A stretch of DNA of 64,000 nt, from the NCBI GenBank assembly GCA_049320885.1, contig JBMORA010000025.1, positions 32,001 to 96,000 on the forward strand, in the 5' to 3' direction. The translations under genes and the position numbers were made by a program. This document shows, piece after piece, positions 58,801-64,000 of the stretch; positions within the stretch are counted from its first letter, which is position 1; each line of letters begins with the position of its first letter. The notes below the pieces were generated by a model. It had not been told where the DNA came from. It made no database searches and saw only the letters and a program-made list of their open reading frames with translations. Source of the stretch: Thermodesulfobacteriota bacterium. GTDB lineage: Bacteria; Desulfobacterota; Desulfobacteria; Desulfobacterales; SURF-7.

Positions 58801-60736
58801 AAACCGGATCACCGCCCTGTGCGAATGGCTCGGGCAACCGCACCGGGAAATAGCCGCCACCAAAGGGGAATATACCTCGCTGGAGATGTTCCGGGAAGCC
58901 TTCGAGGAAATCCGTGATACAAAACGGTACCTCGAAAGCCATGTCGACGCGGTGAATGCTCATTTCCTGGAGAACGGTTCGGATCGCATCCTGCACGACC
59001 AACTCCATATCAAGAGCCTGATCTGGTATCCTTTTGCCTTTGACGACCATGGATACTATCTCTTCACCATCAACCGCATCTTGCAACGGAAAATATGGAA
59101 CAAGGATGAACTCGATTTCCTCCGCTCGGTCGCCAACCTGGTTACGATAGCACTGATGAAAATTCGCATGCTTGGAGAGCGCAGGCGGGTCGAGGAAGAA
59201 CTGGCCAAGCAGAAAAATCAGCTGCAAAAAATCTTTGAAATCCTGCCCATCGGGCTTTGGATCGCCGACAAGCACGGCAACCTGCTGCGCGGCAATGCCA
59301 TGGGAGTGAAAATCTGGGGTGCCGAACCGCATGTTTCCATTTCCGAATACGGCATTTTCAAGGCCTGGCGACTGCCTTCCCGGGAACCGATCGCGGGGGA
59401 TGACTGGGCCCTGGCAAAAACCATCCGCGACGGCGTCACCATCATGGACGAACTCCTGGAAATCGAAGCCTTTGACGGCAAAAGAAAAACCATCCTGAAT
59501 TATACAGCGCCGGTGCTGGATGCCGACGGCGGTATCGCCGGTGCCATCGTGCTCAACCTGGATATCAGCGATCGCAAGGCTTTGGAAAACCAGCTGCTCC
59601 AGTCCCAGAAGATGGAATCCGTGGGCCGTCTGGCCGGGGGCGTGGCCCATGATTTCAACAACATGCTCATGATCATCATCGGCAACGCCGAAATGGCCCT
59701 GGATGAAACCGAGCCGTCCGCCCCCCTTGCCGCGCACCTGCAGGAAATCATGGCCAGCGCCCGGCGCTCGGCCGACCTCACCCGCCAGCTCCTGGCCTTT
59801 GCCCGCAAGCAGACCGTCAGCCCCCGGGTGCTGGACCTGAACGAGGTCGTCTCCGGCATGATCAAGATGCTCCAGCGCCTCATCGGCGAGGACATCGACC
59901 TGGTCTGGAAACCCTCCTCCCGGCTCTGGCCGGTCAACATGGACCCCTCCCAGATCGACCAGATCCTGGTCAACCTGGCGGTCAACGCCCGGGACGCCAT
60001 CACCGGTGTGGGCAACCTGACCATTGAAACCGAAAACGCCGTCTTTGACGAAACCGATTGCATGGCCCATGCAGGTCTCATTCCCGGCGAATACGTGCGG
60101 CTTTCGGTGAGCGACACCGGCTGCGGCATGGGGCAGGAAACCATCGAACATCTTTTCGAGCCGTTTTACACCACCAAGGAGGTCGGCAAGGGGACGGGGC
60201 TGGGGCTGGCCACGGTGTACGGAATCGTCCGGCAGAACGACGGGTTCATTCATGTCCACAGCGAACCGGGACACGGCACGACCTTTAAAATCCACATCCC
60301 CAGAACCCAGGCCGCCGCGGAGACGGCGCCCCAGGAAAGCGGCCGGAAACCGGCCGGCGGCACGGAAACGGTGCTGCTGGTGGAAGACGAGCCGGCGATC
60401 CTGAAACTGGCCCAGGCGATTCTGGAGCGCTACGGTTACACGGTGCTCGCGGCCCGCACGCCCCGGGAAGCAAGGGAGATCGCCGGCAGCCACCCGGATC
60501 CGATTCACCTGCTGATCACCGACGTGGTCATGCCCCAGATGAACGGCCGGGATTTGCTGGAAAGCATCGCGACCCTCCGGCCGGAAATCAGGGTCCTCTT
60601 CATGTCCGGGTATACGGCCGACGTCATCGCCCACCACGGAGTCCTGGACGAGGGGATTCACTTTCTGCAAAAACCCTTCTCCGTCCGGACCCTCTCCGCC
60701 AAAGTCCGCGACGTCTTGAACGGAAAAGACGCCTGA
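55820..60736 (+). CDS. Membrane hybrid histidine kinase: LytS/5TM-5TMR sensor, multiple PAS, GAF, receiver
   Basis: GLILDGRS...FGPLAG 5TM motif, many PAS domains, GAF-like segment, AHDFNN, receiver. Confidence 0.93.
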   Translation: MMYIDLVLNLSLLVALSSVSGFIEKRLPRRPLASQLMQGLLFGGAAVLGMLRPLHLEPGLILDGRSVMVSLCAMIFGPLAGSAAGAITIFCRLLLGGMGTLTGVLVILSSLGIGLIFHSRVKTSAEPPSVRMLFGFGAAVHLAMLALMLTLPGGAGPAVLKRIGLPVILLYPLATVLSGKVLADQLESERRLAALRESEKLYRLLVETANEGIWSMDGDHHTTYVNRAMAAMLGYTPEEMLGKPVEAFFFSEDMAFHEQRMQQRHAGADEIYERRFRRRDGSPLWTMVAAKARQDPDGRFAGSFAMFTDITAHKTAEESLKAGRAELHALLDAVKESVFLMETDGTIVALNQTTAVRLGSNAEDMIGQNMFDILPPDVARRRRAYVEQVIADGKPVRFEDQRNGMWIDNSIYPVTDESGRVMRLAIYGHDITERKMSEQALMESKRLLDATQQLAKIGGWEWDTERRTMTWTDETYRIHDLAPGRFQPGAPEHIQRSLECYDAADRPMIDEAFRLCVEEGRAYNLELPFTDASGRRIWIQTSARPVMKDRRVVKVIGNLMDITERKNAERELRESEHKFSRIFKSNAALMAISTLQEGRFIDVNDEFLRVLGFGYDEVVGKSSLELGFFAHTAQRTTLVDLIREKEQLHNIEIDMRTRSGEIRRGLFSGSIIHLKDQECWLTVLKDITARMQAEESLRLSEKTHRALIQGIPDIVMRFDQQGRHLFVSENVMKLTGIQAAAFIGKTHRELGFPEEQSRYWEDCIRKVFRDGEMVETEFTYEGINGQSVFNWRLIPEFDTSEKVSSVLSLSRDITLHRRAEQNYETLFREMMDGFALHEIIHDSQNRPADYRFLAVNPAFERLTGLAAREIVGKTVLEIMPETERHWIDIYGQVAMTGESIFFENYSKVLNKYFEVSAFRPGPDQFACIFADITDRKAIQEQRERQLTFSRALNKISEFTIANDNPDAILEISNRIIGEALCADRMLIYDISFAENRITALCEWLGQPHREIAATKGEYTSLEMFREAFEEIRDTKRYLESHVDAVNAHFLENGSDRILHDQLHIKSLIWYPFAFDDHGYYLFTINRILQRKIWNKDELDFLRSVANLVTIALMKIRMLGERRRVEEELAKQKNQLQKIFEILPIGLWIADKHGNLLRGNAMGVKIWGAEPHVSISEYGIFKAWRLPSREPIAGDDWALAKTIRDGVTIMDELLEIEAFDGKRKTILNYTAPVLDADGGIAGAIVLNLDISDRKALENQLLQSQKMESVGRLAGGVAHDFNNMLMIIIGNAEMALDETEPSAPLAAHLQEIMASARRSADLTRQLLAFARKQTVSPRVLDLNEVVSGMIKMLQRLIGEDIDLVWKPSSRLWPVNMDPSQIDQILVNLAVNARDAITGVGNLTIETENAVFDETDCMAHAGLIPGEYVRLSVSDTGCGMGQETIEHLFEPFYTTKEVGKGTGLGLATVYGIVRQNDGFIHVHSEPGHGTTFKIHIPRTQAAAETAPQESGRKPAGGTETVLLVEDEPAILKLAQAILERYGYTVLAARTPREAREIAGSHPDPIHLLITDVVMPQMNGRDLLESIATLRPEIRVLFMSGYTADVIAHHGVLDEGIHFLQKPFSVRTLSAKVRDVLNGKDA
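59590..60699 (+). repeat. 1,110-bp direct repeat, copy 2
   Basis: Same sequence as 54623-55732, from ccagctgctccagtcccag to gaccctctccgc. Confidence 0.93.
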
Positions 60737-60753
60737 TCCGGTGCGTATTGACC

Positions 60754-62235
60754 ATGAAGCCGGTTTGGGGTAGAAACAACCATATGGTTTCAAAATGGCT
60801 CCCGATCTCCATTATGCTGCTGGTGCATGCCGCAGCGGCCGCGGTCTTTTCTCCGGCGGCGGCATCCGCCGTCACAAAATCCGCGCAATCATGGAAAGGT
60901 GATTTCGACGCCCTCCTGGAACGCCGCGCCATCCGGTTGCTGGTGCCCTACAACCAGACCTTCTATTATAATGACAGGGGCCGGGAGCAAGGCCTTATCA
61001 CCGAGATCTCCCGGCATTTCGAACGCTTCATCAACCGGAAACATGCAAAAAAACTCGGCGGGCGCCGGATTTCAGTGGTCCTGCTGCCCATCAGCCGTGA
61101 TCGGTTGCTGCCGGCGCTTGTCACTGGCCTCGGGGATATCGCCGCCGGATACTTCACCATCACGGACGAACCTTTCCCATTGAACGACCATGTATCCTTG
61201 GTGCCGATGAGAACGGTTGCGGAAGTGGTCCTGACCGGACCGGGAGCGAAACCGGTTACCGGGCTCGAGGAGCTTGCCGGCAGGCGCCTCCATGTTCGCA
61301 AATCCTCGGGCGCTTATGAGAGTCTATCCCAACTCAACCGGCGCTTTCAGCTGGAAGGGAGGCCGTTAACGAGGCTGATCCCGGTGCCTGCGGCATTGGA
61401 GGATGAGGATATGATGGAAATGCTGAATGCCGGTATGCTGGAAACCATCGTGGTGGATGACTGGAAGGCGGACATTTGGCGGAAAATTTTCCCCGGCGTG
61501 ATCGTCAACAAGCGGGCGGCCGTCCAGACCGGCATCCGCAAAGGCTGGGCGATCCGGAAAAACAGTCCCGGATTGTCGGAAGAGTTGAACGACTTCTTTC
61601 AATATATGCTTCAGCATCAGGAAGAAATCGAATATCCGGTGGTCAAACACAACCGGCGTTCCCGCCGGATTTGTAATCCCATCGGCCGGAAGGAATGGCA
61701 ACGCTTCAACGATATGTGGACGTTGTTCCGACGCTACGGCGATCAGTACGGCTTCGACCCGCTGATGCTGGCGGCCCTGGGATTTCAGGAATCGCGGCTG
61801 GAACAAAGCGCCCGTGGATCACACGGCGCCGTGGGCGTCATGCAGCTCCTTCCGGCCACCGGCAAGGCCATGGGCGCGGGAAACGTCGCCGCTCTGGAGC
61901 CGAATATAAAAGCCGGCGCCAAATACATGCACTACCTTCAGAAACAATATTTCCGGGAAACCGGTCTCCGGGAACCGCACCGGACCCTGTTCACCTTCGC
62001 CGCATACAACGCCGGTCCGGGGCGCATCGCCAAAATCCGGCAAGAAGCCGCCGGCCAGGGCCTGGATCCCGATCAATGGTTCAATCATGTGGAAATGGCG
62101 GCGGCCCGGAAAATCGGCCTGTATACCGCCATCTATGTGCGCAATATCTACAAATACTACGTGGCGTACAAACTGGCGCTCGAAGCCGCGGATGAAAAGC
62201 CCACCGCCGGCGCGAAACCCGCAGCGAACCGATAG
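60754..62235 (+). CDS. mltF: MltF-like lytic transglycosylase (SBP domain plus SLT domain)
   Basis: SBP-type N-terminus, SLT motifs ALGFQESRL, GAVGVMQL, NIKAGAKY, AAYNAGPG. Start uncertain (60748-60784). Confidence 0.8.
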   Translation: MKPVWGRNNHMVSKWLPISIMLLVHAAAAAVFSPAAASAVTKSAQSWKGDFDALLERRAIRLLVPYNQTFYYNDRGREQGLITEISRHFERFINRKHAKKLGGRRISVVLLPISRDRLLPALVTGLGDIAAGYFTITDEPFPLNDHVSLVPMRTVAEVVLTGPGAKPVTGLEELAGRRLHVRKSSGAYESLSQLNRRFQLEGRPLTRLIPVPAALEDEDMMEMLNAGMLETIVVDDWKADIWRKIFPGVIVNKRAAVQTGIRKGWAIRKNSPGLSEELNDFFQYMLQHQEEIEYPVVKHNRRSRRICNPIGRKEWQRFNDMWTLFRRYGDQYGFDPLMLAALGFQESRLEQSARGSHGAVGVMQLLPATGKAMGAGNVAALEPNIKAGAKYMHYLQKQYFRETGLREPHRTLFTFAAYNAGPGRIAKIRQEAAGQGLDPDQWFNHVEMAAARKIGLYTAIYVRNIYKYYVAYKLALEAADEKPTAGAKPAANR

Positions 62236-62253
62236 ACCCTTGCAGGGAAGGGC

Positions 62254-62283
62254 TTGACAAGCCGAATCCGTTGTCCGTAGGAT
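62254..62283 (+). promoter_or_regulatory. Putative sigma-70 promoter
   Basis: TTGACA (62254-62259), 18 bp, TAGGAT (62278-62283). Confidence 0.45.
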
Positions 62284-62332
62284 GGACCGGAAATCGAAGG
62301 ATGGAACGCCAACCGCCCTTGGGAAGGATGCC

Positions 62333-63151
62333 ATGAAGAAAACCGCAAGACAAGCCGCTTATGTCCATGGATACGACGTCACCGAAAGCATCCGCCTTAC
62401 GGACCAGGCCTTCACGCTGGCGGATCTGCTGCATTCCGACACCGCTTATCCGGTGGGCAGCCTGGTGCTGGAGGCCGGCTGCGGAGTGGGGGCGCAAACC
62501 GTCACCCTGGCGGCCAACAGCCCGGATGCGAGGATCATTTCGGTGGATATCTCCGAGAATTCGATTGCCGAAGCCAGGGCGAAAGTCACGGCGGCCGGAT
62601 TCACCAATGTTCATTTTCAGCAGGGGGATATTGTTGATCTTCCGTTCGAACCCCGGAGCTTTGATCACATCTTTGTCTGTTTCGTGCTGGAGCATCTGGC
62701 CCGGCCCGTCGAAGCCCTGCTCGCCCTGAAAAAACTGCTCAAAAACGGCGGCACCATCACCGTGATCGAGGGGGATCACGGCTCGGCCTGTTTTTATCCG
62801 GACAATCCCGCGGCCCGCCGGGTCATCCAGTGCCAGGTCGCCTTGCAGAAAACCGCTGGCGGCAACGCCAATATCGGCCGGGAGCTCTATCCCCTGCTGA
62901 CCACCGCCGGATTCGATTCCGTGCGGGTTTCACCCCGCATGGTTTACGTCGACGCCAGCAAACCGCAGCTGGTGGACGGCTTCACCCGCAAGACCTTCAC
63001 GGCGATGATCGCGGGGGTGCGCGACGCTGCGCTCGCGGCGGGCCTCATTGACCAAGAAGCCTTCGACGAAGGCATCCGTGGTCTCCAGCGGTCCGCGGAA
63101 GCAGACGGGGTTTTCTGCTATACGTTTTTCAAGGCCTTCGGTACGGCGTGA
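62333..63151 (+). CDS. Class I SAM-dependent methyltransferase
   Basis: VLEAGCGVG, VDIS, FDHIFVCFVLEHL, LKNGG. ATG 62333 follows gaagga. Confidence 0.9.
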   Translation: MKKTARQAAYVHGYDVTESIRLTDQAFTLADLLHSDTAYPVGSLVLEAGCGVGAQTVTLAANSPDARIISVDISENSIAEARAKVTAAGFTNVHFQQGDIVDLPFEPRSFDHIFVCFVLEHLARPVEALLALKKLLKNGGTITVIEGDHGSACFYPDNPAARRVIQCQVALQKTAGGNANIGRELYPLLTTAGFDSVRVSPRMVYVDASKPQLVDGFTRKTFTAMIAGVRDAALAAGLIDQEAFDEGIRGLQRSAEADGVFCYTFFKAFGTA

Positions 63152-63177
63152 GTTTGCCCTGAAAATCCGCCCCAACG

Positions 63178-64000
63178 TCATGCGCGCCTCTTCCGACGCC
63201 TGTAAACGGCAAATCCCGAAGCCGAGGCCGCGGACACGATACCGATGGCCAGGGCCATCCTCCACATTACCGCCCGTGAAAAAGGTTCTTTTTCAGCCGC
63301 CGCCTGGACGGCCAGCCACTTGTGGACATCCGCGGCGCTCTGCTCCGGGATTTCCATCTGGGGCACATGGCCGACCCCGGAATAGATGATGGCGTGAATC
63401 TCCGGCAGATCCCGGCACCACTGCTCGACCTGGGACACCGGAATCCAGTGGTCTTTTTCCCCCCACAGCAACAGGGTCGGAACCTTGATCCCGGAAATGC
63501 GGGCGCTGAAAGCCGGGTCATTGTTCAAGGCCGTCAGGACGTCCATGATCACCGGCAGGGCTTCCCGGTTGCCGGGCCGCAGACTCAGTTCATAGAAGCG
63601 GTCCACCAGGTCATCGGTCAGTTTCCGGTGGTCCCCCAGAACCTGTTTCACGCTCATGCGGAAGATGAAACGCGGCGTCATCCAAAGGACCGCGTCCCGG
63701 ATCACCGGTATGGCTGCAAGCCTAAGCGGATAAGGGATATCGAGGGGATATCCGGCCGGATCGATGAGGATCATGGCCGCCACCTTGTCGGGGAATTCCA
63801 GGGCGTAATTCCAGGCAATGGCCCCACCCAGGGAATTGCCCGCCAGGGTGAAACGGGAAAGCCCCAGGGACGTGACGAACCGGTCCAGGAACCGAACATA
63901 GGCCTCCCGGGAATAGTCCCCCCGGGCAAACGGTCCCGTCAAACCGAAACCCGGCAGGTCCAGGCGGATGATGCGGCAGCGGTCGCCGATTTCATGCACC
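63178..64000 (-). CDS. Alpha/beta hydrolase, 5'-truncated by the window edge
   Basis: DLPGFG, GNSLG nucleophile elbow, WGEKD, GHVPQME. Confidence 0.9.
   Translation of the reverse strand, partial: VHEIGDRCRIIRLDLPGFGLTGPFARGDYSREAYVRFLDRFVTSLGLSRFTLAGNSLGGAIAWNYALEFPDKVAAMILIDPAGYPLDIPYPLRLAAIPVIRDAVLWMTPRFIFRMSVKQVLGDHRKLTDDLVDRFYELSLRPGNREALPVIMDVLTALNNDPAFSARISGIKVPTLLLWGEKDHWIPVSQVEQWCRDLPEIHAIIYSGVGHVPQMEIPEQSAADVHKWLAVQAAAEKEPFSRAVMWRMALAIGIVSAASASGFAVYRRRKRRA

Noticed and set aside
54623..60699. The 1,110-bp repeats as IS copies flanking a composite transposon
   Set aside because: The repeat is in-frame kinase/receiver coding sequence with no transposase or terminal inverted repeats.
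820..60793. Many long ORFs antisense to real genes (e.g. 820-3111, 7966-9870, 21398-23407, 32472-34865, 35016-36485, 58673-60793)
   Set aside because: They lie opposite well-supported genes, carry no recognisable motifs, and are expected from GC-rich codon bias.

Overview
GC-rich bacterial chromosomal DNA. Gene content suggests an anaerobic Desulfobacterota (deltaproteobacterial) organism, which is an inference. No rRNA, tRNA, CRISPR array, phage or transposase was seen. The window holds eight hybrid histidine kinases, one sigma-54 response regulator, queE/queC, a class I adenylate cyclase, aroF/aroB, a FIST-kinase pair, livKHMGF, a polar amino-acid ABC set, ydiK, a beta-carbonic anhydrase, an MltF-like gene, a methyltransferase and a truncated hydrolase. 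Five regions stand out. (1) A four-helix-bundle gene enclosed by a perfect 23-bp inverted repeat built from heptamers; the repeat supplies the C-termini and stops of both flanking kinases, and an orphan copy lies upstream of queE. (2) A glycyl radical enzyme operon I cannot assign to a known class, with FadR-type operator boxes shared with the divergent liv transporter. (3) A KamA + two ATP-grasp ligases + GNAT-deacetylase-GNAT cluster. (4) An SBP/GNAT/sensor/sensor-MFS-fusion operon. (5) An apparently identical 1,110-bp kinase-receiver block shared by two tandem kinases. All calls come from reading motifs by eye; no searches were run.
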